From an uncultured Chloroflexia bacterium (lineage in GTDB: Bacteria > Chloroflexota > Limnocylindria > Limnocylindrales > CSP1-4), in contig CAVYIM010000005.1 of assembly GCA_963768655.1 (NCBI GenBank), positions 478,046-542,045 on the forward strand: DNA of 64,000 bases. The letters are read 5' to 3'. The notes under the pieces were generated by a model. It searched no databases and had not been told where the DNA came from. It saw nothing but the letters and a program-made list of their open reading frames with translations. This document shows, piece after piece, positions 34,014 to 43,129 of this stretch; the stretch's first letter is position 1, and the number at the start of each line of letters is the position of its first letter. The position numbers and the translations under genes were made by a program.

Positions 34014-34042
34014 TTTACAAGCTCGTTGGAAGAGCATACAGT
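34014..34042 (+). promoter_or_regulatory. Sigma70-type promoter of the MNT-HEPN pair
   Basis: TTTACA (34014-34019), 17 nt, TACAGT (34037-34042); AAAGGAG SD before GTG 34074. Confidence 0.55.
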
Positions 34043-34073
34043 GGCGTTGTAATTACCTGCAAAGGAGTTGTAG

Positions 34074-34613
34074 GTGCTGGCTCCGTCCGTTGCGAAGGTG
34101 AACGCGGTGCTGCAGCTGGCCAATGAGCGGCCGCTCCGCCCCTATACGATCACGAGCCGACTCGGCGATGGGTGGCTTCACAACAAGACGGTCTCCGCGT
34201 TGCGCACCCTGGAGCGCATCGGGATCGTTCGGCCCGTTCAGCGTCAGCGGCACACCGAGTACGAACCCAACCCCGAGAGCCCATACGCCGACGTCGCCCA
34301 CCAGATCGCTCTCATCGACCTGGGCATCCACGACCTGCTGCCGGCGAACTCGCAGGTTGTAGCCATCTACGTTCACGGCAGCGTCGCCGAGGGGTCGGCG
34401 AGCCCCGCTAGCGATCTCGACGTCCTGTTGATCGGCAAGATCGATCCGCGCGAAGCTCGGCAAGCGCTGGCGCCGGTAGAGCGAATGCTGGGTCGATCGC
34501 TCGATGTGAGCGTCCGAAGCGCCGCCGAGGTCCGCGAGGCGGTCGCCGCCGGCGATGCGTTCGTGACCGAGATCCTCTCCCGCGGCGTTCGAGTGTGGGG
34601 GATCTGGCGATGA
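34074..34613 (+). CDS. wHTH + minimal nucleotidyltransferase (MNT) antitoxin
   Basis: IYVHGSVAEGSASPASDLDVLLIG (GS..DxD) and distal D; HTH-like N-terminal region. Confidence 0.85.
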   Translation: MLAPSVAKVNAVLQLANERPLRPYTITSRLGDGWLHNKTVSALRTLERIGIVRPVQRQRHTEYEPNPESPYADVAHQIALIDLGIHDLLPANSQVVAIYVHGSVAEGSASPASDLDVLLIGKIDPREARQALAPVERMLGRSLDVSVRSAAEVREAVAAGDAFVTEILSRGVRVWGIWR

Positions 34614-35041
34614 AGCTGACGCTGAAGGACGAGCGGCGGCTCGAAGTCATCGGCGAGGGCCTGCTGGAAGCGCGAAAGACGCTTGATCGCAAGGACCTGA
34701 CCGAGTGGGAGGCCCGACTCGTCTACGACCGCGCGGTCGACTACCTGAACCAGACGGTCGATCTGTACGTCCGAGTTTGCGGCCTCGGCCGCCAGGACAA
34801 CGCGAAGCTTCGCCTGAGCGCGGTGATCGCGGATCTGGCCCGGCGGGGCGTTCGCGACCTCCCCGATGAGGAGGACGTCTGGGAGGAGATCGACGAGCGC
34901 AATGCCAGCGTCCACGACGGATCGGTTACCCGGTCAAGTCGACCCCAGGCGGTCCTGACCGAGAAGAACGCGCGGGCCCTCTTGCGGGCGGTTCGCGCCG
35001 TCCTGATCCCGCCTACCGGCGAACAGACCGCACATTCCTAG
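34610..35041 (+). CDS. HEPN-domain protein (putative RNase toxin)
   Basis: Rx4H motif RNASVH in a helical ~140-aa protein; ATGA overlap with the MNT gene. Confidence 0.7.
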   Translation: MKLTLKDERRLEVIGEGLLEARKTLDRKDLTEWEARLVYDRAVDYLNQTVDLYVRVCGLGRQDNAKLRLSAVIADLARRGVRDLPDEEDVWEEIDERNASVHDGSVTRSSRPQAVLTEKNARALLRAVRAVLIPPTGEQTAHS

Positions 35042-35910
35042 GGCGCCAGCGCGTCGCCTTGGGACTCTCCGCCGCCGGCCGCCAGAACCTCGAGCCAGGC
35101 TCGAGAACCGACAGGTTCAGGCAGCCACCGCGGTGGTGCCGTGAGCAGTGACCGCAGCGAGCGTGGCTCCTGGCCGCGCACGAGCGGCTGTAATGCCGCG
35201 TCGAGGGAGCCGGCGGCCAGTTCACCTCGGGTGATGACCCAGGCCCGAGGAGGCAGGTCCAGCGCGGCCGCCGATCGCATCATCCACTCGGCCCGGAGCT
35301 GTTTCGGAACAACGACGAGGAGTTGCCAGTTCGGTCGGGTCGAGAGCCGGCGCCCATAGATGGCGAGCGTGGCGCGGACGCCCGGCCGTTGGGTCGTGCC
35401 TTCGTCGGTTTCGAGCGCCAGGACCGCAGAGCCGGCCTCGGTCGTGACGAGAGCGATGCCATCGGGTCGCAGGAAGCGGGTCAGCATGTTCCCGCACATG
35501 CTCTGCGTGAGCCAGAGCTGGACAGCTGGACGCTCCCGGTCGCCGGTCCGGTTGAGGGCACAGATGGTATCGACCGTATCGAGCGTGCGGCGAAGGTAGC
35601 TCGTGGACGGGAGAGGTCCGACGATGCCGAGATGTTCGCGGCCGAACTGGCTGAGGCGGTATGCGTACTCGGCTTGACCGTACCGTTCCTCGGGGATGGC
35701 GATGCGCTCGAGCAGGTTGGATCGATACAGGCGGAGCAGGTGCTTCTGGCTGACGCGGAGGGATTCGTAGACGAGTTGGGCGAGCTGGACTGCGGTCGCT
35801 GCGCCGGCGCAGCTGAGGAGACGAAGGCAGGCTCGATCGGTGATCGGCAGCTTCTGCGGATCGATGTCGTGAGCGCTGCCGGGATCGATCCTTCGGAAGG
35901 CAGCGCTCAT
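35038..35910 (-). CDS. Replication-relaxation family protein
   Basis: N-terminal wHTH (TDRACLRLL..ATAVQLAQLVY..LLRLYRSNLL..YAYRLS) and nuclease-like core RPDG...LETDEGT. Confidence 0.75.
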   Translation of the reverse strand: MSAAFRRIDPGSAHDIDPQKLPITDRACLRLLSCAGAATAVQLAQLVYESLRVSQKHLLRLYRSNLLERIAIPEERYGQAEYAYRLSQFGREHLGIVGPLPSTSYLRRTLDTVDTICALNRTGDRERPAVQLWLTQSMCGNMLTRFLRPDGIALVTTEAGSAVLALETDEGTTQRPGVRATLAIYGRRLSTRPNWQLLVVVPKQLRAEWMMRSAAALDLPPRAWVITRGELAAGSLDAALQPLVRGQEPRSLRSLLTAPPRWLPEPVGSRAWLEVLAAGGGESQGDALAP

Positions 35911-36157
35911 AGGAGATCTTCCCTTTGGCCCGAGCGCCAATTCGTGCGTGAATCGGGCGATTCCGGCGAGGGGTTAACGCGTAGCCAAGCGCATAGCCAG
36001 GCGCGCACTCCGGCGAACGGCGAGCGCTCCGCCGCGAGGAACGGCGCGGGCCTGTTGCCAGGTCGAGCGGTGGTCATACATGGCAGCGTGCAGGACCGCC
36101 GCGCGCTGAGTCAACGGAGGCCGCGTACCATCGCGCGCACCGTTCGATGAGTTCGGC

Positions 36158-38748
36158 TCACAGCCTCGGGTCGACGGGCTCGCTTTCGAGTGCGAGCACG
36201 GCAAACGCGCACTCGTGGACGCGACGCAAGGGTTCGTTGCGGACGAACCGCTCCAAGCCTTCGATGCCCAGAGCGAACTCGCGGGCGGCGAGACCACGCT
36301 TGCCGGCCAGGTGTCGTGAGCGCAGGCGCTCCAGGTTCTCGGGCAGGGTGTACTCGGGGCCGTAGATGATCCGCAGATACTCAGCGCCTCGGCACTTGAT
36401 GGCGGGCTGAACTGGCTTGCCAGACTTACGACCCGGGGCGAAATCGAAGGGCTTGACGACCATGCCCTCTCCCCCGCTCCCTGTCAGTTCGAGCCACCAG
36501 GCAACGCCGGCCGCGACAGCCTCCGGGTCGGTCACGTCCACGACCCGATATGGCGTAGCGAGGAGGAGGCCCTCGTCCTCCTTGCAGATCCGAGCCAGGG
36601 CCTCCATATGCCAGACATGGTCGCGATCGCTATGGACGTGGCCTTCCGACGCCAGGAGGTGGAACGGCGCCAGCTTCAGGCCCGCGAGCGAGGTCACCGG
36701 CCATGTGTATCGCTGATAGGCATCCACGTACAGGTCGGCCATCTCTTGGCGGGTGGCCATGTGAGCGGCAAGGGCGTCGGTGGGCACGCCGCGGGCAGCG
36801 GCGGTCTTGAGCGCTTCGACGACGGCGGCAAGCGACACCTTTGCCGCCACTCCAACCGGCGCGTATTGAGCCCGGATCAACTCCTGGGCCTTCGCCGACC
36901 AGGGCATCAACTCGGCGTCGATCACAACCCAGTCGCTTGAAAGTTCATCCCACGTTCGGGCGGCCGTGAGCGCAGCCTGGATGCGCGCGAGGAACGCCGT
37001 CTCGAGTTCGTGATCCTCGAAGAAGCGTCGGCCCGTGCGGGTGAAGCAGATGCCGATGCTGCCATCGCTCACGCCGAAGCGACGCATCGCCGCTGCTTCA
37101 TCACGGCAGACGATGACCACCGCGCGCGAGCCCATGTGCTTCTGCTCGATCACTACCCGGCCGACGCCGTGGGACCGGAAGTATGAGAACGCGTCGGCAG
37201 GGTGCTCAAGGAGCCCTGGTTCGTTGCTCGTCTCGGAGGGCGACATCGTCGGCGGGAGATAGACGAGCCAGCGCGGGTCGACCGCGAACCGGCTCATGAC
37301 CTCGATCGCCGCGGCGGCATGCTCTTCGCTGACCGCGACGCGGCCGCCCAGACGCGTGTCGATGAAGTGCTTGCCGGCGACATCGGCCAGGTCCAGGACG
37401 TCGTCGTTGACCTGCTGGGCCGATAGACGTGGCGCCTGATCCTCGGGCGGTAAGAACGGACGGGCAGGTTCGTAGTAGGTGCGCAGAGCCGGGACGGAGA
37501 CCAGCTCCATCTCCGGATATCGCAGCGCCGTCAGACGGCCGCCGAAGACGCAGCCCGTGTCGACGTTGATCGTCCGGTTCAGCCACTCCGGCTCGGGAAC
37601 CGGGGTGTGGCCGTAGACGACGGTTGCGCGACCGCGGTATTCGGCCGCCCAATTGAGACGGACCGGCAGGCCGAACTCGTCGGTCTCACCCGTTGTGTCG
37701 CCGTACAGGGCGAACTCGCGGACCTCGCGCGAGCCGCGACCGTGCATCTCCTCCTTGAGCCCCGCGTGGGCTACGACGAGCTTGCCGTCGTCAAGGACGT
37801 AGTGGCTGCGCCGCTCGTCGATCCAGTTCTTCAGATCGGTTCGCGTTGCCGCTCGGGCATCCTCTGGGAGCTTGTCGATCTCCGCGAGTGAGTCGGCCAG
37901 CCCGTGCGTGATCTGGACGTTTCGACCGCCCAGCGCCCGGACCAGCTTCTGTTCGTGGTTACCCATGACCGCGAGTGCGGAATTCGGCTTCGAGCATGTT
38001 CCGCGCGATCCGAACCGAGTCCAGGATTCGTGGACCGCGGTCCACGAGATCGCCGACGAACACGACCATCCGCCCGTCGGGATGTCGATAGGTCGGTCCG
38101 GCGTCAAGGCCGAAGCCATTGCGCCGCTCGACCGCCTCGTACCCGAGCTGGCCGAGCAGGGCTTCGAGTTCGTCGGCGCAGCCGTGCACATCGCCGATGA
38201 TGTCGAACGGGCCGTGCAGATCCTTACGGTTCGTCCAAAGCGGCGCCCGAGTCATCTCGATCGAATCCGAGATCCTCGAGATGGACCGTCCAGACGTGCC
38301 GGAAGCCTTCGCGCCCGAGACCGCCGATTGAGCGCCGGAGAGCGGTGCGCTGCCGCGCGAGGACATGCCCCAGGCCCTGGCGGTCTGGTCGACCGCTGTT
38401 TCGCTCCTCGCAGACTTTCTCGGGAATGTCGAGCACGATCGCCACAGGCAGCACGTGGTACTGCCGGGCAAGTGCGATGAGCGGCTTTCGCGCGTCGAGC
38501 TGGACGTTGGTCGCGTCGATGACGGTCAGCCGGCCGGCCGCCAGCCGCTTACCCGCGACGAAGTGGAGCGCTTCGAATGCGGGCGTCGTGGCCGCCTGAT
38601 CGTTCTCGTCGTCCGCAACGAGCCCACGGAAGAAATCGGAACTGAGCACCTCTGTGGGCAGGAAGTGCTGCCGCGCGAACGTGGACTTGCCGGATCCCGT
38701 CGTCCCGATCAGGACGACCAGCGACATGTCGGGTAGTTCGATCTTCAT
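36158..38748 (-). pseudogene. pnkp: Polynucleotide kinase-phosphatase-ligase (Pnkp) with two +1 frameshifts (~38267, ~37985)
   Basis: Kinase GTTGSGKST, DATN; phosphatase GDVHGC, GDLVDRGP, GNHE, YGHTP, DTGCVFGG; ligase YLPPTM, KHMGSR, EGMVVKP, KCRG, DPRL; removing one base at each site joins the three ORFs. Confidence 0.9.
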
Positions 38749-40133
38749 CGCTGGAAGACCGCCATCTGCGTGGCCGAGCCGACGATGGGATCGACCGGCC
38801 CGATCGGCAGGCGACGAACCTCGTAGCCGAACTTGGCCGCGACGGAGTCGGACCAGGCGGCGAACTCGTCGCGCGTCCACTCGAAGCGGTGGTCGCGGTG
38901 GCGGAACCGGCCTTCCGGGAGCGTCTCGAAGCGGACGTTGAACTCTGAGTTCGGAGTAGTGACGACGACGGTCGCCGGCTTCGCGAACTCGAAGACCACG
39001 CGCTCCAAGGCCGGCAGGCGACCTACCTCGAGATGCTCGATGACCTCCATGAGAACAGCCGCGTCGTATCCGGCCAGACGGGCATCGCGATATGTCAGGG
39101 AGCCCTGGATCAGCTTGAGACGAGCCCGCTGGCGCTCGTTCATTCGATCCGTCCGAAGCTTGCGGGCCGCGATCTCAAGCGACCGCGCTGAAACGTCCAT
39201 GCCGACGATCTCGGTGAAGGCGCGATCCGCGAGCATCTCAGAAAGCAGGCGGCCTTCGCCGCATCCGAGATCGAGAACGCGGGCGGCGCCGGCGGACCGC
39301 AGGGCGGCCATGACCGCACCGACGCGTTCGTCGGACAGGCGCATCGGCTTCTCGACGGCGGCCTCTTCGGCGTCGCGGTGGTCTTCCTTCTCGTCGGGGT
39401 CGGGCTCCTCGTCGGCGGTGAGCTGGCGAAGAGCCTCACGCGTCAGGCTGCCCTGTCGGGCAAGGTATCGATTGGCGATCAGCTCACGATCGGGGTGCGC
39501 GGGCAGCCAGCCCTCGCCGCGGCGCAGGAGTTTGGCGATTTCGTCTTCGGTGACCCAATAGTGCTTCTTGTCGTCGAGGACCGGGATGAGTACGTAGAGG
39601 TGCGTGAGCAGGTCCTGAAGGCGGAGGTTGGCCGTGAGGGTCACCGTGTAGTAGGGGCTGTTGCCCCAGTTGGCGAAGGTCTCGGTCAGCGGATGAGCTT
39701 CCGTGGTGACGGTGTACCCGAGGGGCTCGAACAGCCGGCGGATCAGGTTCTCGCCGCCGCGCGACGGCAGGGTTGGAAAACCGACCTCGAATGGCAGCGG
39801 CTCATCGACGAGCTCAGGCCGGCCGGTGCTGCGACCGCCCAGCGCCGATCCGAAGACCTGGCCGATCGCGACGCTCATGAACGACGAGGCGACATACGGC
39901 CGGTCGTTGACGTAGGGCTCCAGCGACGCGCCCTGATGGCGACCTCTCGCCAGGCCGACCGGGTCGATATCGAGCAACAGCGCCGCGGTGCAGCGATCGT
40001 TCGACGCCTCCGGGTAGAAGACGTGCGATTGCCCGAAAGCAAGCTCGCGCGAATGCACCCGACCGGGGCTCTTGTGGAGCAGGTACCCCAGGTCGGTCGC
40101 GGGCGGCTTGGTCAGAGTGATGGTGAGAAGCAC
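38745..40133 (-). CDS. hen1: 3'-terminal RNA ribose 2'-O-methyltransferase Hen1
   Basis: PATDLGYLLHK, YVNDRPY, DDKKHYW, VLDLGCGEG, EVIEH, TTPN.EFN, RHRDHRFEW; ATGA overlap with pnkp. Confidence 0.95.
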   Translation of the reverse strand: MLLTITLTKPPATDLGYLLHKSPGRVHSRELAFGQSHVFYPEASNDRCTAALLLDIDPVGLARGRHQGASLEPYVNDRPYVASSFMSVAIGQVFGSALGGRSTGRPELVDEPLPFEVGFPTLPSRGGENLIRRLFEPLGYTVTTEAHPLTETFANWGNSPYYTVTLTANLRLQDLLTHLYVLIPVLDDKKHYWVTEDEIAKLLRRGEGWLPAHPDRELIANRYLARQGSLTREALRQLTADEEPDPDEKEDHRDAEEAAVEKPMRLSDERVGAVMAALRSAGAARVLDLGCGEGRLLSEMLADRAFTEIVGMDVSARSLEIAARKLRTDRMNERQRARLKLIQGSLTYRDARLAGYDAAVLMEVIEHLEVGRLPALERVVFEFAKPATVVVTTPNSEFNVRFETLPEGRFRHRDHRFEWTRDEFAAWSDSVAAKFGYEVRRLPIGPVDPIVGSATQMAVFQR

Positions 40134-40237
40134 CCGCGGATTGTGACAGGGATACCCGAGTAGTTCCTGCATGCTGAGTAGCCAGTCGGAGCACGATTCG
40201 GCGGCACAGGGGTGGCATGAGTCGGACCACTCTGTGG

Positions 40238-41184
40238 CACGGGGTCGGTGAAGACGAGACCGTCGAGATCCTGCCAGACCGTGCCGACGGCCTTGCGGTC
40301 GGCCTCCTGAGCCGCCCTCTGCCTGGTCAGCGCGTCGCGAGCCATCGATGGCAGCGGGATCGTCCGCCGGCTCTTCGGTGTCTTCGGCTGCGACAGACCC
40401 CAGCTGCCGTCCTTGGTCCGGACAAGCGAGTGGCGGACCGAGAGCGTGCCGGCCGTGAAGTCGATGTCGCTCCAGGCCAGGCCGAGCAGCTCGCCGAGAC
40501 GAAGGCCTGTCGAGGCAGCCAGCGCGAACACCATGCCCATCGGATCGTCCCGGGTGGCGTCCAGCAGGCGCCGAACGTCGGCGGCCGCCAAGTAACCGAC
40601 GGGCCGATGCGGGACATATGGCGGCCTCGCGTCCGCTGCCGCGTTCCGCCCAATGCGGCCATCTCGGACCGCGTCGGCAAGGGCACGGCGGAGCGTCGCG
40701 CGGACATGCCGGACAGTGAGTGGCGAAAGGGGCCGAGGCGGCAGACCGTGCACCAGGGTCTCGCCTTCCTTCGGCCTGCCAGCATCCACGAACCTCGCCA
40801 TCGCGCGCTCAACCTGGATTGGAGTCAGTTTCGCGAGGGAGAGCTTGCCGAACGCGGGGATCAAGTACGCCCGGGACATGCTGCTCGCGGCCGCGCCAGG
40901 TGGCCGGGCGGATGCGCGTCCGCTCGCGCTCGAGCCAGTCGGTCAGGTACTCGGCCACGGTACCCGATCCTGCCGGCGTCAAAGTTCCGAGCTTGAGATC
41001 GCGCCGGAGCTCGTCGAGCTTGTCTCGGGCTGCCTGGGAGGTCGCGCCTCGAACGACCCGGCGGTGACGTGAGCCGTCGTCATCGGTCCAGGTCAGCGCG
41101 CCGCGCCAGCCTTCGCGGGTTTCGTAGACGGACCCCTCGCCGCGGAGCGGTGGCGTTCCTTCGGGCGGCGGTGGCGTTTGTCAC
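40238..41184 (-). pseudogene. Tyrosine integrase, frameshifted (~40873, ~41145) and C-terminally truncated
   Basis: RGEGSVY arm-binding N-terminus, TVAEYLTDWL, LAKLTP, LRRALADAV, TGLRLGELLGLAWSDIDF, PKTPKSRRTI, GLVFTD; ends before the HxxR and Tyr boxes. Confidence 0.88.
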
Positions 41185-41337
41185 GGTAGCGTTCCTCGAT
41201 GACCGGGGCCTCGTAGGGTCCCGGGAGGCTAACGCGTACCGTTCGAGACTGCATCTCTGTTGCTACCGGTGTTGCTACCGGTGCCGATTCCTCGTCCCGC
41301 CAGTCGGCCCCAAGCGGCCATTTCACGCTCAGAATCG

Positions 41338-41423
41338 TGGCGGAGAGGGTGAGATTCGAACTCACGGGACTCTCGTCCAGCGGTTTTCAAGACCGCCGCA
41401 ATAGACCGCTCTGCCACCTCTCC
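41338..41423 (-). tRNA. tRNA-Ser(TGA)
   Basis: GGAGAGG acceptor stem, anticodon loop CTTGAAA, long variable arm, GTTCGAATC T-loop, encoded CCA. Confidence 0.96.
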
Positions 41424-41993
41424 GCGGTGGGGCGTGGATAGTCTACCTGCAGCCAGTTCCACGACGTCGTCGGACCCGCCGCCCTGAACACGCGGCGACA
41501 ATCGAACCGCCGACACGAGCACGCCGAGCCCCAGCCGTATCTCATCCTGACAGGTGCATGTCGTCGTTCGATGCTCCGTCATCGTGGCGGGAGCGAGAGC
41601 GGCTTCAGGCAAGCCCGCGCCATTGTGACCTCGAAGGAGAGGCGATGCCGACGAGGAGGCCGCCCTGTTGGGTCTCCGAGCAGCCGATGGCTTGGCAGCA
41701 GAAACCCGACCGCCGATCCCGACCGCAGATGTAGAACGTCGCGATCGGTGGCCTGACACAAGTGCCCCGAGACTCCGACCATCCGGCCGGGTCTCTCCCG
41801 ATTCAATGGCAATCGCAGGCTTCGCCGGGACCGTTGCCGGTGTTCAACGCTTGTACGGGGATCGGACTACGGCGCCGGGTACCTGAATTGGTCGTGTACA
41901 CCCATTTGATCCCATCTTGCCCTGCCGTAGGCGGTCGTAACCTCAAACAGGAACACGCATTCGATCCGCTGCCGATGCCACGAATGCGGAGGG

Positions 41994-42076
41994 ATCCACG
42001 AAAAGGCACACCCGCCGTGAGGCGGGGCCGCAAAGCCACGGAACTCTGGGTGAGTCAGCCGGGCTACCGAATGGGA
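41994..42076 (+). ncRNA. Cyclic di-GMP-I (GEMM) riboswitch
   Basis: AAAAGGCACACCCGCC-GTGA-GGCGGGGCCGCAAAGCCACGG...CAGCCGGGCTACCGAATGG fits GEMM P1/P2 (GNRA loop)/P3; G at the position equivalent to G20. Confidence 0.85.
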
Positions 42077-42084
42077 GTGGGGTT

Positions 42085-43056
42085 ATGCCGCGTTTCAGCT
42101 GCGTCCATTCGACTACACGCCGGAGCGACGCTGGCCCCGGCTCGAGTCACGCCAGATCCGGTCGGACGGCGATCGCACTCCTTCTGGTCGGAGGCTTCCT
42201 GTTCGCCTCCCCGCTGTCGGTCGCGGCGCAGGCCGCGCCCACCGCGGCGCCCGCAGCCGCGTCCACCGGGGCGTCCGGCTCTGGGACCGCTGGCCCAGAC
42301 GCGGCGGTATCTCTCAGCTCGCAGCCCACCGCGGCCGCGTCCATCGCCTCGCTGCTCGGCAATCCCGCTCCATCGGCGGCAGTCGTCACTCGAACCTTCG
42401 ATCTGTACGACCCGCGAGCCGAGCGCTACCAGAACCCCGATCTCACGGCCTGCACGGCGGCGTCCACGCTGTCGATGCTGAACACCATCGCCTACTCCTC
42501 CGGGTCGACCGTCGGTTTCGTGTGGAAGCCAACGACCACCTACAAGGAGCAGGAGTCGATCCTCGCCTTCGAGCGAGCGCACATGACGATGCTGGTCAGC
42601 TCTGCCGGAACCGATCCGCACGGCTGGCGCAACGCCCTCAACTACTTCGGCTGGGGCAGCATCTACGCCGGCGTCTATGTCGACGCCTCGTACTCGACAT
42701 TCGACGCCGCCGCGAAAGCGGCAGTATCGGCCCTGGCCAGAACTCACAAGCCCGTCGGGATCCTCGCCCTCGCGGGCGGACATGCACAGTTCATCACGGG
42801 CTACGAAGTCCAGGGCGCCGACCCGAGCACCGGATCGACCAGTTACTCCATCGTCGGCGTGTATCTCACCGACCCCTACCAGTCCGCCGGTCACCGCGAC
42901 ACCTTGATCACCTACGCGCAGTGGCACGCTGGCGGGAAGTGGATTCGCTTCTCCCCGTATCTGCAGATCGACTCGCCGCATCGCGACCCGATCGACGGCC
43001 ACATCGGCAAGAGCGAGTGGTACGGGAAGTGGGTGATCATCGCCCCGGTCAAGTAG
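42085..43056 (+). CDS. Secreted papain-fold (C39-like) cysteine peptidase
   Basis: Signal peptide, Ala/Ser linker, YQNPDLTACTAAS (Q..C), GHAQFITGY (H), VYLTDP (D). Confidence 0.7.
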   Translation: MPRFSCVHSTTRRSDAGPGSSHARSGRTAIALLLVGGFLFASPLSVAAQAAPTAAPAAASTGASGSGTAGPDAAVSLSSQPTAAASIASLLGNPAPSAAVVTRTFDLYDPRAERYQNPDLTACTAASTLSMLNTIAYSSGSTVGFVWKPTTTYKEQESILAFERAHMTMLVSSAGTDPHGWRNALNYFGWGSIYAGVYVDASYSTFDAAAKAAVSALARTHKPVGILALAGGHAQFITGYEVQGADPSTGSTSYSIVGVYLTDPYQSAGHRDTLITYAQWHAGGKWIRFSPYLQIDSPHRDPIDGHIGKSEWYGKWVIIAPVK

Positions 43057-43129
43057 CGGCTCGATGTCCCAGTCCGGTCGCCACCCGGCCAGACCGGCGC
43101 CCCAACTCGATTGATGGCGGTACCGAAAC

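Larger units (their letters stand above)
28630..41391. mobile_element. tRNA-Ser-integrated genomic island (~12.7 kb)
   Basis: 55-bp att repeats, tyrosine integrase beside the tRNA, excisionase, replication-relaxation gene, IS630, toxin-antitoxin and RNA-repair cargo. Confidence 0.9.

Noticed and set aside
32781-36051. 15-bp match AGGAACGGCGCGGGC at ~32781 and ~36037
   Set aside because: A single GC-rich match that bounds no coherent unit; plausibly chance.
36158-38748. Programmed frameshifting in pnkp
   Set aside because: No slippery heptamers at either site; both look like simple single-base insertions.
28685-41336. Prophage
   Set aside because: No capsid, terminase, tail or lysis genes recognised.
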